NCBI RefSeq assembly: GCF_009914755.1
Contig: NC_060927.1
Length of the DNA: 64,000 nucleotides
Direction: 5' to 3' (one strand)
From: the human T2T-CHM13v2.0 reference genome, Homo sapiens
The position numbers and the translations under genes were made by a program. The notes beneath the pieces were generated by a model that worked only from the letters and a program-made list of their open reading frames with translations, had not been told where the DNA came from and did not search any database. Numbering within the stretch: the first letter of the stretch is position 1; each line of letters starts with the position of its first letter. Positions 43,270 through 57,485 of the stretch are shown piece by piece.

Positions 43270-46200
43270 TGTGCTGCCTCCGTCACTGCTGTGAACACCC
43301 ACATGGAGTCAGGCACCCACCCACCCTGGCACCTGCTAGCACCCTGCTGCACCTAACAAGTGTATACCCTGCTGCATTGCTGCTGCTTCTGGTATGTGTG
43401 AATGAGGACAGATCTTGTTGCTGTCACCTTACAAAATGCTTTATCTGGCACCACCCATCGGTGTATAGTGACTGGTGGTCTGAGAGTACCTTAGCCCCAA
43501 CCCCCGCCCACACAGTGGGTTCCTAATTTCGAGGAGCCAGAGAACAAAATTGAGGCCCGATACAAGTTCCCCAGAGTTAGAACACACAGTCCAGGAATTG
43601 AGAGCTAGTCTCAGCCCCTTAAAATCCTCCAGAAGCCAAACCAGTTGACTGAATCCACCTTATTACACAGTCAAATCCTCAAGGTCATCAAATAGCATAA
43701 AAGAAAAAAAAAAAACTCATTCAAAGGACAGCAACTTTAAAAATCGAAGGAACATCAGCCCACAAGGATGAGAAAGAACCAGTGCAAGAATTCCTACAAC
43801 TCAAAAAGCTAGAGTATCTTCTTTTCTCCATATGATCACACTAGCTCTCCAGCAAGCGTTCTGAACTGGGACTGAGATGACTGACGTGACAGAAATAGAA
43901 TTCAGACTATAGATAGGAATGAAGATTATTGAGATATAGGAGTATGTTGAAACCTAATCCAAGAAAGCTAAGAATCACAATAAAATAATACAGGGGCTGA
44001 CAGACAAAATAGCCAGTATTGAAAAGAATGTAACTGACCTGATATAGCTGAAAAACACACTATAAGAATTTTGTAATGCAATCACAAGTATTAATAGCAT
44101 AATAGAAAACTGAGGAAAGAGTCTCAGAGCTTGAAGACTGGCTTTCTGAAATAAGACAGTCAAATAAGAATAGATTAAAAAGAATGAAAAAGAACAAAAA
44201 AACCCTCTGAGAAATATGGGATTACATAAAGAGACCAAATCTACAACTTATTTGTGTCCTTGAAAGAGATGGGGAGTATGGAAGCAACTTGGAAATCACA
44301 TTTTGGGATATCCTCCATCTAGATAGAGAGGCCAACATTCAAATTCAGGAAATGCAGAGAACCCAGTAAAATACTTCACAAGAAGATCATCCCCAAAGTA
44401 CTTAATCATCAGATTCTCCAAGGTCAAAATGAAAGAAAAAGTGTTAAAGGCAGCTAGAGAGAAAGGTCAGGTCACCCAAAGGGAAGCCCATCAGCTAACA
44501 ATGGACATTTCTGTAGAAACCCCACAAGCCATAAGTTATTGGGGGCCAATATTCAACATTCTTAAAATAAATTCCAACAAAGAATTTCATATCAGGTCCT
44601 ACTAAGCTGCATAAGCAAAGGAGAAATAAGATCCTTTTCATAGAAGCAAATACTGAGGGCATTCATTATTGTCAGACCTGCTTTACAAGAGCTCCTAAAG
44701 GAAGCACTACATGCAGAAAGGAGAGACCATTACCAGCCGCTACAAAAACACTTAAGGACACAAACCAACAACACTATAAAACAGCCACACAAACAAGTCT
44801 GCATGATAACCAGCTAACACCATGATGACAGTATCAAATTTCCTCATATCAATACTAACCTTGAATGTAAGTGAACTAAATGCCTCAATTAAAAGGCACA
44901 GAGTTGCAAGCTGGATAAAGACCGAATTATATGCTGTCTTCGGAAGACCTATCTCAAATGCAATGACACCCACAGGCTTAAAATAAAGGGATGGAGAGAA
45001 ATCTTCAAGCAAATGAAAACCAGAAAGGAGAGGTTACCACACTAATTTTAGACAAAAGACTATAAGCCAACAAAGATCAAAAAAGACAAGGGCATTACGT
45101 AATGATAAAGGGTTCAATTCAACGGGAAGATCTAACTTTCCTAAATATATATGCACTCAACACAGGAGTACCCAGATTCATAAAGCAAATTCTTAGAGAC
45201 CTTCAGAGACTTAGACTCCCACACAATAATAAGGGGAGACATCAACATCTCACTCACAGTATTATATAGATCATCGAGGGAGAAAATTAACGATATTCAG
45301 GACCTAAACTCAGCACTGGATCAAATGGACCTGGTAGACATCTACAGAACTCTCCACGCTGGAAAAACAGAATATACATTCTTCTCATCACCACATTACA
45401 CATACTCTAAAGTCGACCACATAATCAGCCCCAAAACACTACTCAGCAAATGCAAAAGAATTGAAATCGTAAGAACCACTCTCTCAGACAACAGCAGCAG
45501 AAAATTAGAAATCATGATTAAGAAATTTGCTCAAAACCGTACTATTACATGGAAATTGAATAACCTGCTCCTGATTGACTTTTGTGTCAATAATGAAATT
45601 AAGGCAGAAATCAAGTTCTTTGAAACTAATGAGAACAAAGATACATACCAAAATCTCTGGGACACAGTTAAAGCAATGTTAAGAGGGAAATGTATAATAT
45701 TAAACACTCACATTAAAAAGTTAGAAAGATCTCAATTTAACAACCTAACATCACACAACTAACAGAACTGGAGAACCAAGAGCAAACCAACCCCAGTGCT
45801 AGCAGAAGACAAGAAATAACCAAAATCAGAGCTGAACTGAAGGAGACTGAGACATAGAAAAGCACTCAAAAGATCAATGAATCCAGGAGTTGTTTTTTTT
45901 TTTTGAAAAATATTACTAAAATAGGCCCCTAGCTATACTAATAAGAGAGAAGATACAAATAAAGGCTATTTAGAAATGACAGAGGGGATATTACTGCTGA
46001 CCCCACAGAAATACAAATAACCACCAGAGAATATTTTGAACACCTCTGTGCATACAAACTAAAAAATCCAGAAGAAATGGATAAATTCCTGGATATACAC
46101 ACCCTCCCAAGACTACCAGAAAGAAAGTGAATCCCTGAACAGACCAATAACAAGCTCTGAAAGTGTATCAGTAATAAGTAGCCTACCAAACAAACAAAAA

Positions 46201-49090
46201 TTCCAGGAACAGACAGATTCACAGCTGAATTCTACCAGATGTACAAAGAAGAGCTGGTACCATTCCTACTGAGACTCTTACAAAAAACTGAAAAGGAGGG
46301 ACTCCTCTCTAACTCATTCCATGAGACCAGCATCATCCTGATATCAAAACTTGGCAGAGACACACACAGAAAAGCCTTTAGGCCAACATCCTTGATGCAC
46401 ATCAATGCAAAAATCCTCAGCAAAATACTGACAGAGTATAGCAGTACATCAAAAACATATCCAGTATGATCAAGTAGGCATTATCCCTAGGGTGCAGAGT
46501 TGGTTCAACATACAGAAATCAGTAAGTGTGATTCATCACATAAACAGAACTAAAGACAAAACCATATGATCATCTCAATAGATTCAGAAAAGGCTTTTGA
46601 TAAAATTCAACACCCCTTCATGTTAAAAGCTCTCTATAAACTAGGTATTGAAGGAACATACATCAAAATAATAGGAGCCATCTATGAGAAACCCACAGTC
46701 AACATCATACTGAATGAGCAAAAGCAGTAAGCATTCCCCTTGAAAACCAAGACAAGACAAGGATGTTCTCTCTCACCACTCCTATTCAACATAGTATTGG
46801 AAGTCCTGGCCAGAGCAGTCAGGCAAGAGAAAGAAAAAAAGGGCATCCAAATAAGGATCAAACTATTCCTGTGTGCAGACATTATTCAATATGTAGAAAA
46901 CCCCATAGTCTCAGCCCAAAAGCTCCTTAAGCTGATAAACAACTTAAGTGAAGTCTCAAGATACAAAGTCAGTGTACAAAAACCACTGGCATTCCTATAC
47001 ACCAACAACTGTCAAGCCAAGAGGCAAATCAGGAATACAATCCCATTCACAGTTGCCACAAAAAGAATAAAATACTTAGGAATACAGCTAACCAGGGAGG
47101 TGAAAGATCTCTGTAATGAGAACTACAAAACACTGCTCAGAGAAATCAGAGATGACACAAACAATAGAAGAACATTCCATGCTTATGGATAGGAAGAATC
47201 AATGTTGTTAAAATGACCATACTGCCCAAAGCAATTTATAGATTCAATGCTATTTCTATCAAACTACCAATGACATTCTTCACACAACTAGAAAACTGTT
47301 TTAAAATTCCTATGGATCCAAAAAGAGAATCAACAGCCAAGGCAATCCTAAGCAAAAAAAAAAAAAAAAAAAAAAAATCAGGAAGCATCACTCTACCTGA
47401 CTTCAAACTATACCACAGGACAACAGTAACCAAAACAGCATGGCACTGGTACAAACCCAGACACATAGACTGATGGAACAAAATAGCCCAGAAATAAGGC
47501 CACATACCTACAATCACCTGATCTTCAACAAACCTGACAAAGATAAGCAATGGGGAAAGGACTCCCTATTCATTTGGGAAAGGTGCTGGGATAACTGGGT
47601 AGCCATATGCATAAGATTGAAACTGGACCCCTTCCTTATACCATATAAAAAAAATCAACTCAAGATGGATCAAAGACTTAAATGTAAAACCCAAAACTAT
47701 AAAAACCCTGGAACACAACCTAGGCAATACCATTCTGGACACAGGAATGGGCAAAGATTTCAAGATGAAGACACCAAAAGCAATTGCAGCAAAAGCAAAA
47801 AAGTGACAAAAGGAAACTAAAGAGCTTCTATACAGCAAAAGAAACTATCAACAGAGTAAACAGAAAACCTATAGAATGGGAGAAAATGTTTGCAAACTGT
47901 GCATCTGACACAGGACTAATATCAAGCATCTACAGGGAACTTAAACAAATTTACAAGAAAAAATAATCCCATTAAAATGTGGGCAAAGGACATAAACACT
48001 TTTCAAAAGATAGGATACATATGGTCAATAAGAATATGAAAAAAAGCTCAACATCTCTGATCATTAGAGAAATGCAAATAAAAACTACAATGAGATACCA
48101 TCTCCTACCTGTCAAAATGGCTATTACTAAAAAGTAAAAAAATAACAGGTGCTGGTGAAGTTGTGGAGGAAAAGGAACACTTAGACACTGTTGTTGGGTG
48201 TGTAAATTAGTTCAACCATTGTAGAAAACAGTGTGGTGATTCCTCAAAGGCTTAAAAACAGAAGTACCATTCCTTCCAGCAACCCCATTACTGTTTATGT
48301 ACCCAAAGTAATATACATCATTCTATAATAAAGACACATGCATGTGTCAATTGCAGCAGTGTTTACAATAGCAAAGCCATGGAATTGACCTAAATGCCCC
48401 TTAGTGGTGGACTGGATAAAGAAAATGTGGTAAATACTCACCATGGAATACAATGCAGCCATACAGCCATAGAAAGAGTGAGATCATCCGGGCACGGAGG
48501 CTCATGCCTGTAGTCCTAGCACTTTGGGAGGCTGAGGTGGGCAGATCATGAGGTCAGGAGTTTAAGACCAGCCTGGCCAATGTGGTGAAACCCATCTCTG
48601 CTAAAGATACAAAAAATTTACTGGGTGTGGTGGTGTGCACCTGTAATCTCAGCTACTCAGGAGATTTGCTTGAATCCGGGAGGTGGAGGTTGTAGTGAGC
48701 TAAGATCGTGCCATTGCACTTCAGCCTGGGTGACAGGGTGAGACTCCGTCTCAAAAAAACAAAAAAAAAAAGAGGTCATGTCTTTTGCAGGAACATAGAG
48801 GCCTTTATCTTTAGCAAACTAACAGAGGAACAGAAAACCAAGTACCACACGTTCTCACTTATAAGTGGGAGCTAAATAATGAGAACACGTGGACACATAG
48901 AGGTGAATGACAGACACGTGGGCCTATTGGAGGGTAGAAGGTGGGAAGAGGGAGAGGATCAGAAAAAATAACTAATGGGTACCAAGCTTGATACCTGGGT
49001 GGAGAAATAATCTGTACAACAGACCCCCTTGATACAATTTACCTATATAACAAACCTGCACATACACCCTTGAACTTAAAAGTGAAAAAT
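43270..49090 (+). mobile_element. Near-full-length inactive L1 (old L1PA13-16/L1PREC-like): partial 5'UTR, ORF1 from ~43768, ORF2 from ~44822, 3'UTR
   Basis: ORF-track peptides [59 protein letters not shown] and [11 protein letters not shown] are L1 ORF2p. The RT FADD motif has decayed to CADI and there are many stops and frameshifts. Confidence 0.95.
48488..48771 (+). mobile_element. AluS inserted in the L1 3' region
   Basis: Alu dimer with a short right-arm deletion ('ctactcaggagatttgc'). Degenerate TSD GAG(A/G)TCAT. Confidence 0.94.
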
Positions 49091-49229
49091 GAATTTTTTT
49101 AATTTATAAAGTATTATTAATAGTTCACTATATAAGGGTTATTGTAAGAAAAAGATAGCATGTGGGAAACTGCATTATCCTACATTACATTGAGTGTCTC
49201 TGGAGTTAGTCAAGTCTGTGTTTAAATGG

Positions 49230-49410
49230 CAGTTTTCTACCTCAGTGTTGTATTTCTCTGTGATTCCTGACAACTTGACTCACCTGTATTTTCCTCTCTC
49301 TAAAATGGGAATGATTTTTCCTATTTCACAAACTTATTTTGAAGTTACATTATGTATATAAAGCACCTGTTGTATTGCTTGGTATCCAATACTTAATAAA
49401 TGTTATTTTC
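49230..49410 (+). mobile_element. MIR SINE
   Basis: 'tttcctctctctaaaatgggaatgat...cctatttcaca...gtatataaagcacct...cttggta...taataaatgtt'. Confidence 0.65.
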
Positions 49411-50182
49411 CTTTTCTTTCCCTCTCCCTTTTCATCATTTTCTTGTTCTCCACAGTTTTCTGAAAGAAAAGATCAGTAAGATCAGTTATGGGCTATGATG
49501 AAACCATTTTAAGTCTCTGTTCTTTGCCAAGCTCCAAGGTAGGTCAAGGGAATCAATAATGTAGGATTGTGAAGTCTTTGTCCAGGTTACTCACAGAATT
49601 TTCTTGTGAGTGAAAGACTTGGGAGATTTTAGAAGTTACCATCTATCAACAGTTTTCTGATATCTGCTCATCTAATACTGTTACACTTTTGTTTAATCTG
49701 TTGTGGCTGCTTCACTGCCTTATGGATGAAACCAAACCTAATAGCCCAATGAATAAGGCTGATTGCAATTAGCCTTTTATTAGACTATAGCCTCATCTCC
49801 TGTCCCTCAGGATTGCTTCCTAATTTAGTTAATATTTTTTCTTCAAGCCTCTATTATGTTTCCTGGGGTTACTAACATGATCAAAGTAGCAAGCTAGCCT
49901 TCTTCTAGGGTGGAGGTTGGGCAAGAGAGTAGGGGGAGGTGAGTTGGAGAAAAGGGATGATCCAGAAGTGTGGTTCCCAGGTTCTTTAGGAAATTTTCAC
50001 TGGTCTTTGACAAAATGGGAAAATAAAGATTATGCAGTGAGCTTTTTCATTATCTTTTATTCTGATTATATCTGTTCTACTCTTTTATATATTAAGAACA
50101 TTATTGACAGAATAAAAAGTTGGTAGTCCTTTTATGTCTTTTCATTTTTTTTGTTTGTTTTGCTTTGTTTTTAACTTTACAG

Positions 50183-50326
50183 GTCCATGAAATCTGATGG
50201 TGTAGGAAATGCTCATCCAGTATCTGCAGTGCTGTTTAAAGAGAAAAGGCCCAGGTGAAGCCTGTTACTAGAAGACTGAGTGATATGAGGGACTAGCTGT
50301 CTGGGATGAGAGAGAACCCGAGACTA
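50183..50326 (+). other. Candidate exon (acceptor at 50181-50182; donor after 50254 or 50326)
   Basis: A ~50-nt AG-free T-rich tract ends 'ttaactttacag|GTCC'. Possible donors are CAG|GTGAAG and CTA|GTATGT. Sequence is non-repetitive. Confidence 0.5.
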
Positions 50327-53300
50327 GTATGTCTTACAATGGAGGAGATGTCCGCTTTGAGGATAGTGGGAAAGTAGGGAAATGAAATGAAGGCTGTTTA
50401 TTTAGTTGGCTTTCTCAGTGTCAGTGAGGTTTGCATGTGAACATGCACTGGACACTGACTTGAGGGAATGCTTATTTGGAATTCTGGAAGTCTGCACTGG
50501 ATTTATTCAGTAATTTTAGCTCGATTGTAGAATTGCTGAGTTCTTCACCCTCAAAATGGGGATAGAAATGCTGATTTTTAAAGCACTTTAGGATCCTTAA
50601 ATGTAGTATACCACTGTAAGCTTCAAAGATAGTTTCTTCACTTGGTTGCAGTCTTTGAAATGGGATTCAACTGAAGCTTTACAAAGTAGTATTAGAACTC
50701 CCAATGACAGACACCAGTCTTGCCTTTTGTTCATGTTTTTAAAACTACCTGGATGTTATATTGTATGTGCTGTATAATTATGAAATGATGTGAAAAAGTT
50801 ATTTAAGTTTTTGGAAAGTTGTCTTAACATGTTAATAGGAAACATTAGCTGGAAACATTCCTGAGATTAAAAGGAAACCTACTTTATAGATTATATGACT
50901 TTATGAGAACATAAATACATGCTGCTAATTCAAAATGAAAAAGCAAGCTAAACCCAAAACAGTCTTCTCTTCTTCAATACATCCAATAAATAATTCTCAG
51001 CAAGAGGATTATGATAGAGTACATTAAGAGTCATGGCATCTGGAATTAAACATGTAGACTAAAGCATACTAAGATTTTTTAGCAATCTACTTCTGTCTAA
51101 AGTAGTAGTAGTATTTTTTTCTTTTCATATCATATAAACCCTAAATGTGTTTTGTTCTTGGATCAGAATGGGAAAGAATTCAAATATGAGTTTTATATTT
51201 GGTTAGTTTGTTCATGTATTAAAACAGTATGGGAAAAATTGAAGCATTTAGCATTTATTCCTATTTGAAGGACTTTAGATAGAACCAAGTGATACAGGTC
51301 TTGCATATTTAAGACGTTTATTGTGTCATTTTTTGATAGAAAAGTACAACTATTTAAAAATAAAGTATTCTATTTTGAAAAAAACATGTTTGTAAACATT
51401 TTTCTAATCACAATAATGGTCACTATAGATTCAGAAAGCTTAGAAGCATATAAAGAAATAGAAAAACAAAACACCTATAATTTACTACCTAGAGCAGCAA
51501 TGTTAAGTCTTGGCATTTTTTTCCTTCTTTTTTCTTTTTTTTTCTTACGGTTTTGAAACAATAAAAGAAATGGTAATATTCTGCTTTTTCAACATATAGA
51601 GAACAGCTTAAGTATTATTTTAAACTTTATAAACGTAATTTTTTTTGACTTTATACTACATCATCTGGCTGGGCCATAATAAACCTACCCATTTCTCTGT
51701 TGTTGAACACTTGTTTGCAAAAATATTAAAATTTTAAATTAGTGTGAGTTTGTTTTGTTGAGGCTTTCCTCTTCAATTGAGTAAGCTTATTTAAAAGACT
51801 TTACTTAAGATTAGATTTTTCTTTCCTCCTTCCATCCCCCCAGTTAGATGCTGGCTAATTCCTGGAATTTTTCCCTCCCTATTCTTTGTAATCTGAAAAA
51901 CCCCTTGTTCCGTACTACTAGTATGACAGCTTCAGCTTACTTGTAATGGATGCTCTGCAATTATGCAAAGTATATATAGCTCATTCCATCAAGTTACAAT
52001 GAACTTCAACAGAAGGTCCTTATGCAGCTTGAGGGCCATAAGTATGCTTTGAGATAATATATGTGAAGATCTAAATAGAATGTAGGGAATGAAATAGTAC
52101 TCATTCAGTGTACAGTTTAATTTTTTTCTAGTATGAAGCATTTTACCTGAGTTGTATGCAAAATGAATGTTTTATGCCAATGTTAATACTGATGACTGCA
52201 GGAATTAAGTATTGATATTTTATGTATAATTTATTTGTTTTATTAGTCTCAAGAATATAACAGCAGTTTTTCATAAACATTCTATTGGCTATGTGTGTCA
52301 TATCTAGATTTAATAATCATATTCTTTTCAATAAAGTTTATCAGTTTGTAGGAAACGATGGGTAGTATTGTGGGTAAGACTGTGGAACAAAATGCTTGCA
52401 CCTTTATCCCCCTTGAATGCTTTGCGGATTTTTCCTTGGTTTAAGATTTTTTTTACTCATACTGGAAAAATACTGTTACTTTAGATAGAAGTAGATTGCT
52501 ATTCAAAATTACATGTGTTTCTTTTGAAAACTTTCCTTTTGTCAACATTCGTTTTTACAAACTTTGTAGTAACTTATATTACAACTGAATGTGAAATAAA
52601 ATTTAATGTTGTAGTTATTTCTGAAAATAGCCATGAAATATGATCATTAACCAAGGTCTGCACTTAACATGATGCTCTTGATAGCTTTGGAATTTCTATA
52701 CTATAGTGCCCTTATATACTTTAAAGAACTTCTAAGACAACAGTACTCTTTCTCTTTATTCCCTCCCACACTGTGTGTGTGTATGCATGTGAATGTGTGT
52801 GAGTTTATTGTTCTTCAAATATCTGTATGTGAAAATCACTTTTAAACACAAGTAACTTATCATCTATATACTAGGAATTTCATATCTCATTAAAATAGCA
52901 ATTTGAGATGGATATTGTGTGTTCTTATGGTTGTATTCTACTTAGACTATTTTAGGAATTTGTCTTATAATAAGATGATTTATTCTTCCTCAGGTTTTTA
53001 AAAATATTTCTTATTTTTAATATTTGAAAATATTCTGTCATTTAATATATTTTTAATACAGAAAGAATGAGAAGATTAGTAGTTTGCTTATATGAGAATT
53101 CTGATTTTTGTTTTTAAATATTTTTTCTTAAATATTTCTTTTTCAATGTTATCCCGTATTTCCACAAAGGTATGGTTATTGGAACGTTTGTCCTTGGTTG
53201 TTGCAAAATCCTTCAGAACTCAACACAAAAACAGCTTCATTGTGTATAATGATGTAGCCACCTTCTTTCCAAATGGAAATCAAATCAGAATACATAACCA

Positions 53301-54520
53301 TTAGTTTTCACAAATCTGTTGAAATCAGAATTAGAGTTTCTCCTCTCTATGATTATTTTAAAGTTGATTTAATAGTAGAGCAATTCTCAAAATATATAAT
53401 ATTTGTTGCAGATACTATGTATTTTTATAAAGAAATTTTTAGGGACATAAGACGAAGTGGAAAAATCTTCAGTATCATAGTTATCCCTCTGTAAAATGGC
53501 TGATACTCTGAAAAATAAAGATAGATCCGGATTCAAAATTGCCAAGAATTAATTTAGAGAATTAAGTCAGTGTTGTTAGAGAGGTGTCAAGATATGCGTC
53601 TTTGAATTTGAGATAATAGCTCTCATGGCACTTTCTTGAAGTGAAAGTAGGAAAAGTTGAAAGGACCATTTAAACAAGTATTAGCATGCAGCGACTAGCT
53701 AAAGTAAGCCAATTCATGTTAATAAGAGTTAGAATTGGGAAGGGTCTTACAACATTATGGTTTTAATTGTTTGTGTTTTAATTGATAGACTGATTATAAA
53801 ATAAAGGCGCTAGTAGACTTTATAAAAATGATAATTCAGTAATCCTCTTTGCTTCATTGTCAGAGTTCTGTCATATCATTATAAAGCAATTTATGAGCAG
53901 TCTGTATATCTCTGGGCTTTAATTAGCCATGGGAACATGCAGAGTTTAAAAGTAAAAGTAATTGCATAGCCTCTGATAACCAGTGTGCAGTGAATCACCT
54001 TCTTTAGAAGAATGCTATGTAAAACAAACCATTGTACAGAGTAGACAGTTAAGAAAATACAGTTTTGTTACTGAATCTGCAGGGGAGGTTTGCAGATTTT
54101 GTGAGATCCTGCAGAGAATCAAGCAAAATCTGCATTATAGTACATTATATCCTGTGGGGAAGAACCAGCAGGACTGCTTATGGTCCTCAACTATCTCTGC
54201 TCAGTATACTTTTGTCCTGCTATGTAGAAAGCCTTCCACTTGTTGGAAACAGTAATAATGTTGGAACAGTGAGAGAAAATGATAAAAGAACCATGAAAAA
54301 TAACATCTACATGAGAAGGACCTTTATAGTCAAGCTTCACAAGAAGACTGGGAATCAAGTTGAAGGGTTGTTAGATAAATGAATATGAATTTTCTTAAAT
54401 TATTTGTTTAAGAAATAGCTATCAAATTGCAAGGAAGGAAAGCCATAGGTTGAATGAAGAATACCTGATTTGTAGGCATATCTCAAGTTCTTTTGTGAGA
54501 ATCCTAAATACTACATTTAA

Positions 54521-54840
<320 letters not shown>

Positions 54841-55725
54841 AAGATTATCTTTTTTCTATTTTTCTTTTGTATTCAGATTTTTAAATTTGCTTTCTCTCTT
54901 AAGTGCCTGTTTAAAAAGAAGTGATTGAAGAACATGAAGTAAAGTAAGAAATACACTGAATCACTGGAAGTTAAAGGTAAACTTAGGAAGCTGATAAACA
55001 TATTGGTCAGGAAAATAAGGAATTCCAGAAAACCATCTCATTTTTGAGCTATAGTATTTCTTGATTTCAACCTTTATTATTATTATTTTTAAATATTGGC
55101 CTTATTTTCTTTGGTTTGGAAACTGATTTCACGAACTAATGTTTAAGTCCCCTTAAAAGTGTTTTATGTTTTAAAAAATAATACACATGAGACTGCAGTA
55201 TTCTAACCTTATTCCAATCTGTATCTAATTTTTTAAGCATAAACAGTAGTAGTTTTTATAGCACAAAAACTTTGCCGTAAGTTTAACTCTGAAATGATCA
55301 TTTTTTAAAGTTGTTGGATTCATTTTTTTTTTTTTTGGTGCAATTTTACCTAATTTGTTAATAGTAACTTCTGGGGGGTCGGGGGATGGGAAAGTGGTCT
55401 TATCATTAAACTATTTACATTTACCTAAATAAAATAGAAACTTATTTCTCCATCACATAACAGTGGTGGGATAGTCCAGTGGTAGAGTAGTTTGTAAGCT
55501 TTAAATTGGTTATTAAAATGAATAAGGTTGTTATAATTATGTTTTTATTTGGCAGAAACTAGCTGTCTAGTATAACAACTAGTTTCTCCAGGATTTGAAT
55601 GCATTAAAATTAATTAAAACTAATAAAATGTTTGATTTTTGACAATATTTTAATTGAATGTTAGATTAACATGCAATACATATAGTAATTTATATTTTAT
55701 TAGATTAAATATTTATCATTTTCAG

Positions 55726-55771
55726 GTAGATAACAGTACTCTAAGATGTCCTATTAGGATTCACTCTTCAG
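55726..55771 (+). other. Candidate 46-nt exon
   Basis: 'atttatcattttcag|GTAGATAAC...CACTCTTCAG|gtaaaa': paired acceptor and donor in unique AT-rich DNA. Confidence 0.4.
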
Positions 55772-56259
55772 GTAAAAATGTTAATGGAAATATAATGTCC
55801 AAGTGTTAGACCATATTTTCCTTCCTCTAATAATTAGAATAAATTCATTCAGAATAGAAAGGAAGCAGTTAGTGGCCATGCTGTTATTTTTAAACATTTT
55901 ACCATCTTTGTCAAGCAGATGGTTTATATATAAAGGCCTAAAAACTTTGGTATCTTACTTCAGGAACAATGCTTTAATGACTAAAGTATATTGGTAATTT
56001 TAAAGTATATGTAATGTGAATATTTATTATATTAATGTTTTTTAAATTTTAAAACTTTTTTATGCACAATGAAAACTTTTTTTTGAATGATCCTTAAAGA
56101 GATTGAGTATATAGTTATGATTCTCTGTGTGTGTGTTCATTTGCATGTGTGTGTTAAGAATAATTGAGTAATTGGTATTGAAAAAAGGTAATTTTGATAA
56201 AATTGAACTGAAAAGTTTTATCTGTATATATCAGCACAATTAATGAAATTTGCTAGTGA

Positions 56260-56365
56260 TTGTCTCCCAAGCCGGGACTGTTTTTATTCACCTTTGTATC
56301 CCAAAGGCCAGCCCGGTATCTGTCTAATACAGAGTTCGTATTCACTTATGTTTACTGAATGAATT
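56260..56365 (+). mobile_element. L2 3' end fragment
   Basis: 'gggactgtttttattcacctttgtatccc...atgtttactgaatgaat'. Confidence 0.65.
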
Positions 56366-56844
56366 TCAACATCTTTTCTTATAAATTCTTATCTGTTACT
56401 ATTTAGTTCAAGCTAAGATACCAAATTTGTTATATAAATCACTGAAAGTTTAAATGAATTTAAATGTTTCCAAATAGTTGTTAGGTTTGAATTATTCTGA
56501 TTTTCTGCTGTGATAAGTAACCATTTGAATAAAAAATAAGATGTTTGAATTACAGCATAAAAATAAGATGTTTGAACTACAGCATAGTTTTTCTTTTAAT
56601 ACTTTTGTAATGTTATGTCCATTTTCTGAGCATAGAAAATATATTAATCTTCTATTTTAGTCAGCTTTCAAATATTTTGTTAATGTATTTGTACTCATCT
56701 TTATTTTTTACTTGTGGTCTTACACCCTCATAACTAAAGATATACACACTTTTTTTTTAGTATTACTAAAAAAGTTTCTAATACCTCCATTTTCTTAATA
56801 CCTCCATTAGCCAGTTTTCAGTGTGTTTCTGTGTGTTTGTGTGT

Positions 56845-57485
56845 GTCTGTTCCTGTTTGCAGAACCAAAATTGCCATACCAAAGAGACCCAACAGTTACA
56901 CTGGCTTAAATGAGGTAGAAGCTTATTTCTCCTTCACACAGTGGTGGTAGAGTAGTCCAGACTGTCAAAGTGGTTAACTTCAAACAAGGTTACCAGGTCT
57001 CAAGTTCTTTCTGCTCTGCATTCTCCTATGATCCAAATTTAAGAAAGGGAGGAAAGAACAGAAGTAATTTCCATTTCAGCACATAGTCAGTAGTTACACA
57101 TTTTCACATTCCATTGGTTAGAACAAACTTGTCCAACCTGTGGCCCACATGCAGCCCAAGACGGCTTTGAATGTGGCCCAAGACAAATTCATAAAGTTTC
57201 TTAAAACATTATGAGATTTTTTTTTTTTTTTTTTGCTCATCAGCTATCCTTGATGCCAGTGTATTTTATGTGTGGCCCAAGACAATTCTTCTTCTTCCAG
57301 TGTGTCCCAGGGAAGCCAAAAGATTGGACCCCCCCTGGGTTAGAACTTTGTCCCATGGCTACCTATGGCTGCAAGGGAAGCCAGAAATGCAATCTCTCTA
57401 TGAGTGGCCACTCATTCAGCTAAAACTCTTACTGTGAAGCAGGGGAAAATGGATTTCAGGTGACCACTAGTAGTTGCTATGACAC
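56845..57485 (-). mobile_element. MLT1J-like MaLR LTR interrupted by MER30
   Basis: 'aaagagacccaacagttacactggcttaa...gaagcttatttctc' and 'cacattccattggttagaa|ctt.gtc.catggct..acctatggctgcaagggaagccagaaatg'. Confidence 0.6.
57124..57337 (-). mobile_element. MER30 (hAT-Charlie) DNA transposon
   Basis: Reverse complement matches the MER30 consensus. Perfect 8-bp TSD GGTTAGAA at 57116-57123 and 57338-57345. Confidence 0.93.

Noticed and set aside
43176-43526. 116-aa Cys/His-rich, partly hydrophobic ORF
   Set aside because: GTG start, and most of it lies in the L1 5'UTR. It is a chance frame.
45325-47966. L1 ORF2 fragments as functional CDS
   Set aside because: Numerous stops and frameshifts and a destroyed FADD catalytic motif. 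The element is dead.
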